Positions 1 to 9,568 of a DNA stretch of 64,000 nt are shown one piece after another. The stretch is from Candidatus Eiseniibacteriota bacterium. GTDB lineage: Bacteria; Arandabacterota; Arandabacteria; Arandabacterales; Arandabacteraceae. Location: the NCBI GenBank assembly GCA_043810925.1, contig JBDRNT010000106.1, forward strand, positions 1 to 64,000, written 5' to 3'. The notes beneath the pieces are model-generated. The model was not told the DNA's origin. It ran no database searches and was given only the letters and a program-made list of their open reading frames with translations. Within the stretch, counting starts at the first letter, position 1. Every line of letters starts with the position of its first letter. The translations under genes were made by a program, and so were the position numbers.

Positions 1-141
1 CGAAATCTTCAATCGTGCCGGAAGACTCGTACGGCCTAACGGAGCTACTATCCTTCGCCTCTCACGAAACGAACGTCAGCGATCTCTCTTCAACCGCCTC
101 GCCAGCGCCCTCAAAACAACTTGATTTTTGACGCATTGAGG
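1..141 (+). mobile_element. Right end of a probable IS1380-family insertion sequence (transposase C-terminus 2..124, partial, plus terminal IR)
   Basis: Frame 2 reads EIFNRAGRLVRPNGATILRLSRN...*, resembling the IS1380 transposase C-terminal 'RAGRLVR..G...LRL' segment. The stop at 122-124 is followed by TTTTTGACGCATTGAGG (reverse complement begins CCTC, an IS1380-type end) and then TTAA. Confidence 0.6.
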
Positions 142-146
142 TTAAT

Positions 147-203
147 TATGCCTGAGTTTCGGTGACACCATATGCCTGAATTTCGGTGACACCACACTTA
201 ATT
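147..203. repeat. REP-like family A (TTTCGGTGACACCATACTTAATT), 24-bp tandem copies
   Basis: TATGCCTGAGTTTCGGTGACACCA (147-170) and TATGCCTGAATTTCGGTGACACCA (171-194); the same core recurs at 22510 and 51394. Confidence 0.8.
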
Positions 204-241
204 GTGGATCTCGGTCATCGCCTGCAACGCGGCGATTTGCA

Positions 242-373
242 GAGATTGCCGCGTCACTGCGCTCCTCGCAACGACACGTCCTGTGTCGGATTGCCACGGC
301 TCCTTCGGAGCCTCGCAATGAGCATTACGCCCGCAATGACGTGGGGATGGGACCCTCGAATCCTCGAAATGAC
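242..373. repeat. Short palindromic repeat cluster, family C (GATTGCC.CG...CCTCGCAATGAC)
   Basis: Copies at about 242-275 and 288-321, with partial copies at 331-340 and 362-373; intergenic, just past the hisC stop. Confidence 0.65.
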
Positions 374-387
374 GTGAAGGATGGGTG

Positions 388-1521
388 CTACAGGACCTCA
401 GCGATGGCTCTGAGGAATTCCTCATTCTCCTCAGGCAGACCAACCGTCACGCGGATCGCCTTGTGCAGATCGTAGCGGGCCATCGGGCGCACGATCACAC
501 CGCGTCTCAGCAGCTGCTCAAAAAGGATGCGGCAGTCAACCGGTAACGGCAGGAAGAAGAAGTTCGTGCAGGTTGGAACCGGTGGGATACCGATCTTCTC
601 AAGCCCGGCCGCCAGGTATCTCTTACCCTTCTCGTTGTTTTCCAGTGTCTTCTTGATGAATCCGGCATCATCCATGGCGGCGGCCGCAGCATGCTGTCCC
701 ACCGAGTTGGTGTTGAACACCTCGCGAACCTGTTCCAGTGAGGCAATCATGTGCGGCGGTGCGATGCCGTAACCGACCCGGAGTCCCGCCAGACCGTATA
801 TCTTGGAGAAGGTCCTGAGGATGATCACATTTCGTCCTTCGCGTACGTACCTCAAGAAGTCGGGGTCCTGGCCGGGGGACAGGAACTCGTGATAGGCCTC
901 ATCCAGAACGACCACGATCCCCGGGGGAATCCTGGCCATAAAGTCATCGAGTTCTTCACGCGGGATCATTGTCCCGGTTGGGTTATTCGGGTTGGCGATG
1001 AAGATGACTTTGGTGCGATGCGTGACACGCTCAAGGACATCGTCGAGCCGGAGCTTGTGATCGACCAGCGGCACCAGTACGGGTTCGGCACTCATGAAGC
1101 GTATGGAAATGGGGTACTTGAAGAACATCTCCTTACCCGTAATCGCCTCATCACCGGGATTAAGAAAGGCCAGGGAAACCTGCTCTACGATCTCGGTCGA
1201 CCCGTTCCCGAGTACGATCCACTCCCTTGAAAGTCCTACCCGGTCTGCGATCTTCCCTTTCAAGGCATACGCGCTCGGGTCGGGATAACGGTGGAGCTCG
1301 GACATCATGGGAATTATGGCTTCCACGGCCTTCGGTGAAGGTCCGAGGGGGTTCTCATTGGATGCGAGTTTGATTACTCTTGTCAATCCATATTCCCGTT
1401 TGACTTCCTCGATGGCCTTAGCCGGTTCATACGGCCGGATGAGACTCAGTATTGCGCGAGCCGGATCAGGAGATACGGTTTCACTTGTCGTCACAGGTAA
1501 GCACCTCATGGTCTTGCGCAT
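388..1521 (-). CDS. hisC: Histidinol-phosphate aminotransferase
   Basis: IKLASNENPLGPSP, GNGSTE, ANPNNPTG, LDEAY and the RTFSKIYGLAGLRVGY PLP-lysine motif; true start may be somewhat downstream. Confidence 0.93.
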   Translation of the reverse strand: MRKTMRCLPVTTSETVSPDPARAILSLIRPYEPAKAIEEVKREYGLTRVIKLASNENPLGPSPKAVEAIIPMMSELHRYPDPSAYALKGKIADRVGLSREWIVLGNGSTEIVEQVSLAFLNPGDEAITGKEMFFKYPISIRFMSAEPVLVPLVDHKLRLDDVLERVTHRTKVIFIANPNNPTGTMIPREELDDFMARIPPGIVVVLDEAYHEFLSPGQDPDFLRYVREGRNVIILRTFSKIYGLAGLRVGYGIAPPHMIASLEQVREVFNTNSVGQHAAAAAMDDAGFIKKTLENNEKGKRYLAAGLEKIGIPPVPTCTNFFFLPLPVDCRILFEQLLRRGVIVRPMARYDLHKAIRVTVGLPEENEEFLRAIAEVL

Positions 1522-1662
1522 GTTGTTAAAACATCCGATTCAGTATAAGCGCCACAGCCGGAAAATCAAGCAATATCGCATAGCCCCGCGGCGCCGGTCC
1601 ACGGGAGGGCAGGGGACGGTCGGATGACGGGTGGAGCGGACGAGCGGTGGGCTTGGGGCGGT

Positions 1663-2181
1663 TCAGAGACCCGGTATCCACTTACCGGTCTTCGCTCTGT
1701 AAATCCTGTACTCCTCTCCAAACTTCGCTTCGAGCAACTGCTCTTCATAGGTCGCAATATAGTCATGAAAGAGGAAGATTACGACGAACATGGCAAGCGA
1801 GAAGATGGAAAGGGTCGACACTGCCACTCCCAGATAGGCCAGCATGCTGGCCAGGTAAAGGGGGTGTCTTATGTGCTCGAAGGCTCCGGTCGTCACCAAG
1901 CCCCCGGGCCGGCGATCGTGGCTCACTACAACATGACCGGACCGGAAGAGACAGAAGGCCGTGATCAGGGTGAGCACGAGGATGGCCATACGTACGCCGA
2001 TTGGTACATGTGCGGCCAGGAACGTGGTTCTGCGCAGGAGAAATGAATCAACCACCCAGACGATCAGAAACAGTCCAGCCGAAATCTGCTGTCCAATGTC
2101 ACCGAAGGGGTGCTCGCCGTTTTTCTCCTTCACACCTGCCTCCATTACCCGACCACACGTGACGACGTGTGCTCTGAACAA
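1663..2181 (-). CDS. Isoprenylcysteine carboxyl methyltransferase/PEMT family membrane protein
   Basis: Hydrophobic helices; LVTTGAFEHIRHPLY and EEQLLEAKFGEEYRIYRAKTGKWIP motifs; start may be 2145. Confidence 0.85.
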   Translation of the reverse strand: MFRAHVVTCGRVMEAGVKEKNGEHPFGDIGQQISAGLFLIVWVVDSFLLRRTTFLAAHVPIGVRMAILVLTLITAFCLFRSGHVVVSHDRRPGGLVTTGAFEHIRHPLYLASMLAYLGVAVSTLSIFSLAMFVVIFLFHDYIATYEEQLLEAKFGEEYRIYRAKTGKWIPGL

Positions 2182-2372
2182 TCCGTGGATGACGGACTCC
2201 CTCCGATGAACGAATCGGATCGAGCCTCACACTACATACTTGGTAACTACAGTATCCTCGGGCCCTTGTCAACAGATCTACCGCGCACCCGGTGGCGGCT
2301 CCGAATAAGGATGAGACGTATGCAAGGTTATCCATCAGTGAGAGCCCTGAGATCCGGGCCTGCCGGAATTGA

Positions 2373-2993
2373 TCAGAAATAGTAGCAGATACCAATTCCA
2401 TAACCCAGGCCGCCGATCTGAAATGATTCATCGAAATTTGTTTCTTGTTCTGATAGCAGGGCAAACTCATTGTTGATTTGCAGGATGATCCCAACGTGCT
2501 TTGTGATTCGCATGGGAATGCCTAGCTCAAGCGTGGTGCCTACCAGAGTCCTGTCCGAATCCGAGACGAAGTCCTCACCACCATATCTCAGGATTACCGT
2601 AGGTATCGTTGTCTCTTGCATGTAGAAGACTCCAGCGCCAACTCCAATGTATGGGTCGATAGAGAATGGTTTTCTGAAGCGTGCTAGACGGTATACGAGA
2701 ATGCCCGAAAGCTCATGTGCGACGATAGCACCGAAACTGGCGTAATCGGATTTTCTTCTGCTGTACACATATGACACTCCCGCTCCAAGGCCGGTTCTAG
2801 AGTGTATAGCCTTGGCGTTTAGACTGTATGCAGTTCCCTCGACAAAGGTTCCAAAGAGCAGGTCACTAGAATGAAAATAGTGTGCTGACGCTGTTAGGAA
2901 TCGTGCGAACGGAGGAGACTCAGCGGCAGATGCGGAGCACAGCAGGCAGGCATAGAGAAGCCCAACGAGGAAGAATCTTGACAGGTACTTCAT
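2373..2993 (-). CDS. Small outer-membrane beta-barrel protein (OmpW/OmpA-like)
   Basis: AAGGAG RBS before ATG 2993; signal peptide; PYIGVGAG strand; C-terminal GIGICYYF beta-signal. Confidence 0.7.
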   Translation of the reverse strand: MKYLSRFFLVGLLYACLLCSASAAESPPFARFLTASAHYFHSSDLLFGTFVEGTAYSLNAKAIHSRTGLGAGVSYVYSRRKSDYASFGAIVAHELSGILVYRLARFRKPFSIDPYIGVGAGVFYMQETTIPTVILRYGGEDFVSDSDRTLVGTTLELGIPMRITKHVGIILQINNEFALLSEQETNFDESFQIGGLGYGIGICYYF

Positions 2994-3006
2994 ATGCGCC
3001 GTCTCC

Positions 3007-5601
3007 TTAGAACCATCGTTTGAACGAAAGAAGCTCCCGGTTGAATTGAATGCTGCCGACATAATACCTCACTTGCTTTCCACTCTGCACGTCATCTTGG
3101 AGAAAGATACCAAGCATCAGCACTTCAGATTTTCTTTTCCGTGATCGTTCAACACTGACGTAGATGTGAAACTGTTGGCCTGCCCCTCCTTCGCCCGTTA
3201 ACACCCTGCTCCTCGTCCAGGTACTGCCCAGATCTCCGAAAATGCTTTCTTGCCAGAGGGAAAGTATTGCACGGAACTTCAAATCGATCGAACCGTAGTC
3301 CTCTTCCCCCTTCCTGAAACCTCGTTGATAACTAACCCCGGAGCATACCCACCACCGCTTCATTAGGGGCACCTCCGTCCGAATACTCGTCGTGTACTTC
3401 CAATCCCTTGTCTTGTTCACGATATCGTCATCCGAAACGTCGTATTCTGCCTTTCTCGTCGGGTAGGATCTGAACAAGGGCTCAGGCACAGGGAAGCAGT
3501 AAGCAGAGCTCGAAAGAACCAAGTACGGGCTGTGCCGAAAACCATCTAGGGCCAGCCAGTCAAAGCCGACCAGTGTGTGCCCTAGCCTGCTATAGAAGCC
3601 AAAAACGTCGGCCAAATTCACGAGATTCTTAGCGCCGGATTCATCTACCTCCCATTTCTTCGACCTCAACCTTCTGATTTCAAAATCCATTCTGGAGTCT
3701 GCCCGTAATCGCAGCTTGTTCCAGAATACTGCGCCCAGTGATAGTGAGACTGGAAACTCACCATAGAAGTGATAGGAGCCTTGCTTGTATTCCTCCGGTG
3801 CTAGGGCCTGCCCGAACGCCAAACTGGGATATAAGCCCAGCGAGAGGTCCCACACATGAGACTTTCTGTCCAAGAATGCCTGTGGAAGATCGGAGTAGTC
3901 ATACCACGGCTGACCAAGTACCAATCTTCTTCCTCTGTAATATGCCTCTCTAATGACGTGCGGCTTTCCACCCGATTGGATCGCCCGGCGGTAGTCTTCC
4001 AAGGCTTCATCTTTCTCACTCAGTTGTTGACGGATCTTCCCCCGGATGAGTAATGCCTCTTGATGTCCCTGATGGTCGTCCAGTACGTGATCGACTAGTT
4101 CTTTCGCAGTCTCAAGATCACCCAACTTCAGGTACAACTTGGCACCAGATAGCATGACTGAAAGGCTGTCAGGGTTTTCTTCCAAAGCTGTTCTCAGGCT
4201 AGTCCGTGCATCCACACCGCGGTCCTGATCAGCCAATAATCCCCCCCGTAGTATCCTGGCTTTGTGATCAGAAGGATCTGCCTGAATGGCGCGTTCGCAC
4301 TCGGCTAGAGCCTGATCTGGCTTTCCCAATCCATACTTGCTCAAAGCCATGTCATATCTGAGTCTATTAGCGTCTGCGCCCAAAGCAACTGCGGCTTTGA
4401 AAGAAGTCAGTGCTCGCTTGTAATCACTAGTCGCAAGCAGGAACCTACCTTGGTGAATCAGCTCTTCGGTTTTCGATTCCGAATCTGTCCCTGCAAACAA
4501 GACTGACTCGTCCTCGAGAGTGAAACTCCACACTAAAGGCCGACCCGGTGGCCGTGAGGCGAACACGATTCTCTCGAGAGCCAGAGGATCACCTGTGTTC
4601 AGCATCCTCGCTTCGGACCTGAGCTCAATCTGGCCTGAGGCGATGTATGAAACCCCAAGACCTCTGTTCCCTCGTACCCACAGGTCTACTTGGAATGGAG
4701 TGGGCACCCTAAGTGGCTTGTAGTCATTCAGCCAATAGTCGACGTCCGGGGCTAATGCGAAGTCAGGCATACTCTTCGCGAGTGCGTATGCTGACATCAT
4801 ATTCCGGAGTTCTTCCAATACGGGATACGTACATGCCACCTCATCGTAATGGCGAGTGAGCTGTTCGGTGAAATGGTCGTGAGCAGGATTCTGCCCTGCG
4901 CCTGCAGAGAGAACAACAATACGTCTGGTCTGCAAGTAGGCAGCATTGCCCAGCACCAACGATTGAAACGAGATAGGATAGAAGAAAGTCCTGGTGCGTT
5001 TTGAAATCAAGCTGTCATCATCGACAGGAGTGGTCATCTTCTCCAAGTGCATCGGACTGATGACATCAGGTGACCCGCTCGGGATAGTGCCCATGTCCAT
5101 GCTCTTAAGGAGGGTGTCGGTCTCGAAGCAAATCGACCCGAACCGCGAATTCTCGATGCCACCGACGTAGCGAACATTTTGCTGCCACGAGTCAGGATTA
5201 AGGGTGTCCGGATCGATACTTAATCCGGGATAATCGACATCCGAGTGAAGATAGACAACCCGCAGTGCTACCGCAATGTCGTCCAACATGATTCGCGGGT
5301 AGGCCGGATCCTGATAACCGACCACTATCAATTCCCGGCTTTCCCGATCGCCGACCATACCAACCAGACGAGTAATCCAGCCCAAGTATGTGACTTCGGG
5401 AGGAGGTAGGCTCTTCCGGGAGACCAGCTCCTCGGCCTTTGCCATGGAGAAGCAAGTGTACCGCCTGCACTGTGCCTGGGTGACGCAGCCCAGCAAGCAC
5501 AGTGTCAGCACACAACAGACTACCCTGAACTGGACCGGCATAGATCTACTCGTACTCTTGCTAACGCTGAGTATGCGAACCCTTTGCGAAGCAGCTAACA
5601 T
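3007..5601 (-). CDS. DUF1598-like domain + TPR repeats + C-terminal beta-barrel-like domain protein
   Basis: LDDIAVALR, PGLSIDP, SRFGSICFETDTLLK and FTEQLTRHYDEV..YPVLEELRN resemble DUF1598; central TPR helices; amphipathic strands ending in ...KRWF. Start is 5601 or 5541 (the ORF track extends to 5739). Confidence 0.65.
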   Translation of the reverse strand: MLAASQRVRILSVSKSTSRSMPVQFRVVCCVLTLCLLGCVTQAQCRRYTCFSMAKAEELVSRKSLPPPEVTYLGWITRLVGMVGDRESRELIVVGYQDPAYPRIMLDDIAVALRVVYLHSDVDYPGLSIDPDTLNPDSWQQNVRYVGGIENSRFGSICFETDTLLKSMDMGTIPSGSPDVISPMHLEKMTTPVDDDSLISKRTRTFFYPISFQSLVLGNAAYLQTRRIVVLSAGAGQNPAHDHFTEQLTRHYDEVACTYPVLEELRNMMSAYALAKSMPDFALAPDVDYWLNDYKPLRVPTPFQVDLWVRGNRGLGVSYIASGQIELRSEARMLNTGDPLALERIVFASRPPGRPLVWSFTLEDESVLFAGTDSESKTEELIHQGRFLLATSDYKRALTSFKAAVALGADANRLRYDMALSKYGLGKPDQALAECERAIQADPSDHKARILRGGLLADQDRGVDARTSLRTALEENPDSLSVMLSGAKLYLKLGDLETAKELVDHVLDDHQGHQEALLIRGKIRQQLSEKDEALEDYRRAIQSGGKPHVIREAYYRGRRLVLGQPWYDYSDLPQAFLDRKSHVWDLSLGLYPSLAFGQALAPEEYKQGSYHFYGEFPVSLSLGAVFWNKLRLRADSRMDFEIRRLRSKKWEVDESGAKNLVNLADVFGFYSRLGHTLVGFDWLALDGFRHSPYLVLSSSAYCFPVPEPLFRSYPTRKAEYDVSDDDIVNKTRDWKYTTSIRTEVPLMKRWWVCSGVSYQRGFRKGEEDYGSIDLKFRAILSLWQESIFGDLGSTWTRSRVLTGEGGAGQQFHIYVSVERSRKRKSEVLMLGIFLQDDVQSGKQVRYYVGSIQFNRELLSFKRWF

Positions 5602-5606
5602 GCTGG

Positions 5607-6776
5607 CTACTTGCCGACTGCTTCCACTTGAATCGGTCGGGGGTAGGCCAGCGCGTAATTGGTACCGACCCGGTGAGATCCACCTCGCTTCTGAACATCG
5701 AAGTATACACCCCCGAATTGGAAATCCACGGCTGCCCACATTTCCCCAAGGCCCTTGCCGAAGTCATAGGCACCACCTAGACCAATCTGGTCAAACATGC
5801 CACCCAGAGCGTGATCCAATCCATCCACGAATTCAGGCACATCAATAGTAAATGAGCCACGTGAGGTGTCCAGAATAGCGTCCTTCCCTCTCAGATTGGC
5901 CATTCTACCAATGACACTGGTGGTATCGCTTGAGTCCGCCAGCGCCTTCGCATTCCATAGGATGAGCGGGAAATTCGGCAAGAGTGAATCAGCCCGGATT
6001 ATGTCCGCCTCTGCTTGATCACGTTTGCCTTCCTCCAGGAAGAGCATTGCTCGTCCGTTGAGGGCCAGGGCTGAGCTGCTGTCCATCTCCACGGCCTCGT
6101 TAAAGAAAACACGTGCACCGCTGAAACGATATGTCTCAATACTAGCAATGCCTTGGTTGATTACGGCATCGATGAATCCGGGATTCACTTCGCGCACGTC
6201 CGCGAAATCGTTGATTGCGGAGCTGATGTGGTGATAGTGTTGCTCAGCGGCCTCTTTGTCTTCAGCTTTGGCTGCGTAGAGAATCGCGTTTGTCACTCCC
6301 CGCGCGTTCTTCGTCAGGAAATGGTCGGGACTGATCTCGATCGCTGAGTTGAAATAACTCAGCGCCTGATCAAACTTGCCCTCTCGGGCGTAAGCGTCAC
6401 CGACCAGATATCGACTGGCAGCAACATCCGGATGCTGCTTGTGGAAGTGTTCGGTCCAAAGGCGCCAATCTTCGAATGCGGTGGTATCCCCGATCAGCAC
6501 GAACAGCGCCGCAGCAGCGTTATGCCGATCTGTTGCCAGGGCAGCATGACCCTGAAGAAGGATCGCATTGCTGCTGAGAGAGTTGTCTCCAACTCCTGCG
6601 ATAAGAGTGAACACTCGGCCCCAGTTATCCTCAACAAGAGCCTCGGAAATCTCCGGGCTGGCCAAGATCTCCTTTGTCTCTTCAGCAGCATACACTGCGA
6701 ATACTGCGCAGAAGACTGATAGGCTCAACCCACACGCGCACAACCAGAGTTTGCGTCTCACAGCTCCGACCTCCAT
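5607..6776 (-). CDS. Secreted tetratricopeptide-repeat protein
   Basis: AAGGAG RBS before ATG 6776; signal peptide; TPR motifs (YLVGDAYAREGKFDQALSYFNSAIEISPD, ALNGRAMLFLEEGKRDQAEADI). Confidence 0.8.
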   Translation of the reverse strand: MEVGAVRRKLWLCACGLSLSVFCAVFAVYAAEETKEILASPEISEALVEDNWGRVFTLIAGVGDNSLSSNAILLQGHAALATDRHNAAAALFVLIGDTTAFEDWRLWTEHFHKQHPDVAASRYLVGDAYAREGKFDQALSYFNSAIEISPDHFLTKNARGVTNAILYAAKAEDKEAAEQHYHHISSAINDFADVREVNPGFIDAVINQGIASIETYRFSGARVFFNEAVEMDSSSALALNGRAMLFLEEGKRDQAEADIIRADSLLPNFPLILWNAKALADSSDTTSVIGRMANLRGKDAILDTSRGSFTIDVPEFVDGLDHALGGMFDQIGLGGAYDFGKGLGEMWAAVDFQFGGVYFDVQKRGGSHRVGTNYALAYPRPIQVEAVGK

Positions 6777-6811
6777 GAGTTTCTCTCCTTGCAGTGTTCC
6801 TCGAAAGCAAA

Positions 6812-7780
6812 TCAGTAGATTCGCAGACACGTGGCGGCTCTGAATTCTACCGTCGTATAACGAGGAACGTCTGTCCGAACGATTCTTTCTTCATCGTCAA
6901 TTCCGTACAGGTCCTCGATCTCACTGTTCCAGGCTTTGATCTCTGCGAAAATGACAAGTCGAGATGCTGTGACCACCTCAACGTCGAGACTGGCGAAAAG
7001 GGCAAAGTGCTTTTCCAAGGTGTAAACAGTGTCCAGAACTCCCGTGATCTTTCGCATTCCGACACCAAGACTGGGAGTCAAGAAGATGTCGAACCAGGCA
7101 CCCTTCCTGATGGGATACTTCAACGCCAAGCCCGCGTCGTAGTACCGCATATCACCATCTATGAGTGCAAGCATCTCACCTCTTTCCGCACTCCCAATGC
7201 TTTCGCCGACATACCGAATGATAAAGTCAGCATCCAAGTCGGCGACCTCTAATTCCAATCCGATCGAAGTGCCAGACTTGGTGATGGGGAAAAAGGCTCC
7301 CAGGCTTCCCCCAAAACCACTACCAGTCTGCATCTTCATCGCGAAAGGGTGAGATTTGCCTTGCTTATCACCTATGTTGATTGTGAACATGTCGACGGGG
7401 TTGCGCCTGCTCCAGAAGAATGAAAGACTGAAGAAAGCGTCACGATAGCGATGTCTACTCGGTTTTCGTGGCAGTCTCATGAATTGATCGTCATACTCAC
7501 CGGAAGGGTAGATCCTCATCGGAGGATATTCGTCGGTCAATACGCTGTCAATCTCCGAGAGAAACACCATTTGATAAGTGATCTGTCCTGCAGGATCGAA
7601 TATCAGCCTCTCGCCATCAATTGAGAGAAGGTCGCCATAGAGGATGTCTTCATCGTGCACATGGACCATGATTCGCTCTGCAAATGATGCGGCTGGCGAA
7701 ACTGACACCGAGATGAGCAAGATCGCCAATATCCGCCTTGCACCCATAGGACCTAAGCACCCCGCACTGCCCGGTCTCAT
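6812..7780 (-). CDS. Putative outer-membrane beta-barrel protein with small N-terminal Sm/SH3-like domain
   Basis: Signal peptide; N-terminal 'ILYGDLLSIDGERLIF' segment; alternating beta-strands; terminal aromatic residue (LRIY). Confidence 0.55.
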   Translation of the reverse strand: MRPGSAGCLGPMGARRILAILLISVSVSPAASFAERIMVHVHDEDILYGDLLSIDGERLIFDPAGQITYQMVFLSEIDSVLTDEYPPMRIYPSGEYDDQFMRLPRKPSRHRYRDAFFSLSFFWSRRNPVDMFTINIGDKQGKSHPFAMKMQTGSGFGGSLGAFFPITKSGTSIGLELEVADLDADFIIRYVGESIGSAERGEMLALIDGDMRYYDAGLALKYPIRKGAWFDIFLTPSLGVGMRKITGVLDTVYTLEKHFALFASLDVEVVTASRLVIFAEIKAWNSEIEDLYGIDDEERIVRTDVPRYTTVEFRAATCLRIY

Positions 7781-7810
7781 CTGATTCGCATCCCTTCACT
7801 TCTCTTTGGT

Positions 7811-8470
7811 CTAGAAATCATCCCAATATGCAAAAACCACTCTGATCTCGGATGAGATAAATGGGTCCATGTCCAAAAATAGTTGGCTATAGACGGCTCT
7901 GTATTCGAGTGAAGCAACAATGTTCGAGCGACCTAGAAGATCCAGACTTCCACCCCAGAAAGCGGCATAAGAGGCTGTCCCTCTTATTATCCTGGCGCCA
8001 ATGCCGATGGCTGGAGAGAGGAACAATATCGGATCGCGGTTCAAGATTGGTATCATAGGTCTTACTGAGAAATCAAAGACCCAGTAATGGAAGGAAGTGG
8101 TGTAGGCTGTTGATAGGACAATACTCGAAATCGATTCTTCAAACTGTCCGACCTCCATAACCCCCTGAAGATACGCCCTGCCAGCAAGTATCGGCAGTGC
8201 CCATCCCACGACGAGTCCTCCACCTACCCCGCCATCCACCTGGGCTCTCCCCGGAATGCTGTCACCGTCCACTGTCATCGCGTGGATGTCAGCGATCTTG
8301 TGTGAGAGTCTATAACCACCAAAGAAACTTGTCACGAGTCGGGGTTCCAGAGGCCATCGCTGTATGCTACCGTGGGAGTCGGAACTCGATCCGGTTCCAC
8401 CCTGGCCCGCTACGCATCGCGGTGTAACGGCCATTATGAAGAGTATCAGCAGGAGTCTTGATGATCTCAC
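7811..8470 (-). CDS. Putative outer-membrane beta-barrel protein
   Basis: Signal peptide; Gly/aromatic-rich strands (LFLSPAIGIGAR, similar to IFLTPSLGVGMR in the neighbour); ends in YWDDF. Confidence 0.55.
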   Translation of the reverse strand: MRSSRLLLILFIMAVTPRCVAGQGGTGSSSDSHGSIQRWPLEPRLVTSFFGGYRLSHKIADIHAMTVDGDSIPGRAQVDGGVGGGLVVGWALPILAGRAYLQGVMEVGQFEESISSIVLSTAYTTSFHYWVFDFSVRPMIPILNRDPILFLSPAIGIGARIIRGTASYAAFWGGSLDLLGRSNIVASLEYRAVYSQLFLDMDPFISSEIRVVFAYWDDF

Positions 8471-8659
8471 ATAGTAATCCCTAGACGGGTTTATTCCGTC
8501 CGACTTGGCCTAGCACACTCTCGAGTTTGGTGATCGACCTTCTCCCTAGACTATGTTGAATCAGCGCCAGGTGTACCCGCTGACAGCAATCTCTTACTGG
8601 TGTTATTCACACCGCTCAGCCGGTTGCCCTATCTCGCTTTCTCTGCTAGAGTCAGCCTC

Positions 8660-9148
8660 CTATTCAGTCGCCTCGGTCATTTGCACATTGATCTTGCTAG
8701 GAGTAAACTTATATGCATTGCCGTTAATGAATCCCCCTGGCCAGTACAACAAATTCCACGCGGCGAGTGACGCAAGCACCGCTACTTCAGGATCAGCTTT
8801 AAGCGCTCCCTGGATTATGAACAGACCGTTTCCAAGGATTCCTATAGGTACGAATCTCCAGTTGAACTTGCGTTGCAAGGCGATTTCTGCATCTTCATAT
8901 CCTTCCTTCTCAAGCAGAATAACAACATCCTTCTCGTTCCGTTTGATGGTTATCTGGGAAGGTGTGGTTTCAGAGGTTTTCTTCACCTCGTCCACATTCT
9001 TAACAAGAACTCTGGCACCCGGTGGCTGTGAATCAACCTCTATCTTCTGCATAGCAGCACACCCGGCAAAGGCCAGGACAATTCCTATAACTGTCAACCA
9101 CACAAGGAGTCTGGATCTCTGAACGGTGTTCTTACGGATAGTTTCCAT
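8660..9148 (-). CDS. PEGA-domain lipoprotein
   Basis: G-rich RBS before ATG 9148; lipobox FAGC; IEVDSQPPGARV...TTP...LEKEGY PEGA motif. Confidence 0.8.
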   Translation of the reverse strand: METIRKNTVQRSRLLVWLTVIGIVLAFAGCAAMQKIEVDSQPPGARVLVKNVDEVKKTSETTPSQITIKRNEKDVVILLEKEGYEDAEIALQRKFNWRFVPIGILGNGLFIIQGALKADPEVAVLASLAAWNLLYWPGGFINGNAYKFTPSKINVQMTEATE

Positions 9149-9568
9149 ATGAGCCCCCCCTCTAGAATCTGCCGATTGGCTGAGTAGCCGAATGCAACCC
9201 GTACTTCCGGGATAGTCCACACGTGCCCCGTGACTACACACAACCGAACTCATCCGTCTGAGGGATTGGCGACGGTCTCGCATCGTCCGCATATTGGCAC
9301 CTCCACCGCAAGCCACCGAAGATCAAGGTAAGCAGAAGGACAGCTATTCCCCACGATTCTACGCCCAACCTCCTTTCTCGTAGCGCGACTCCTCTATCCG
9401 CTCACCTCTGCCACTCCCACAAACGGCCACATTGTATCAGATGACTTGCGCTTTTTCAAGCTATCATTTGGCATGGGCTGGATCTGCTCCAATGCCCCCT
9501 CGGGCAGTGTTCTCTGTTGATCAATTGCTGTACGTTTGGGAGAATGGTGTCATGCAGAGAGGTTCGCA

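Noticed and set aside
147-373. Possible CRISPR array or coding ORFs (186..377, 198..443)
   Set aside because: The region is made of two short repeat families without unique spacers; the ORFs are incidental.
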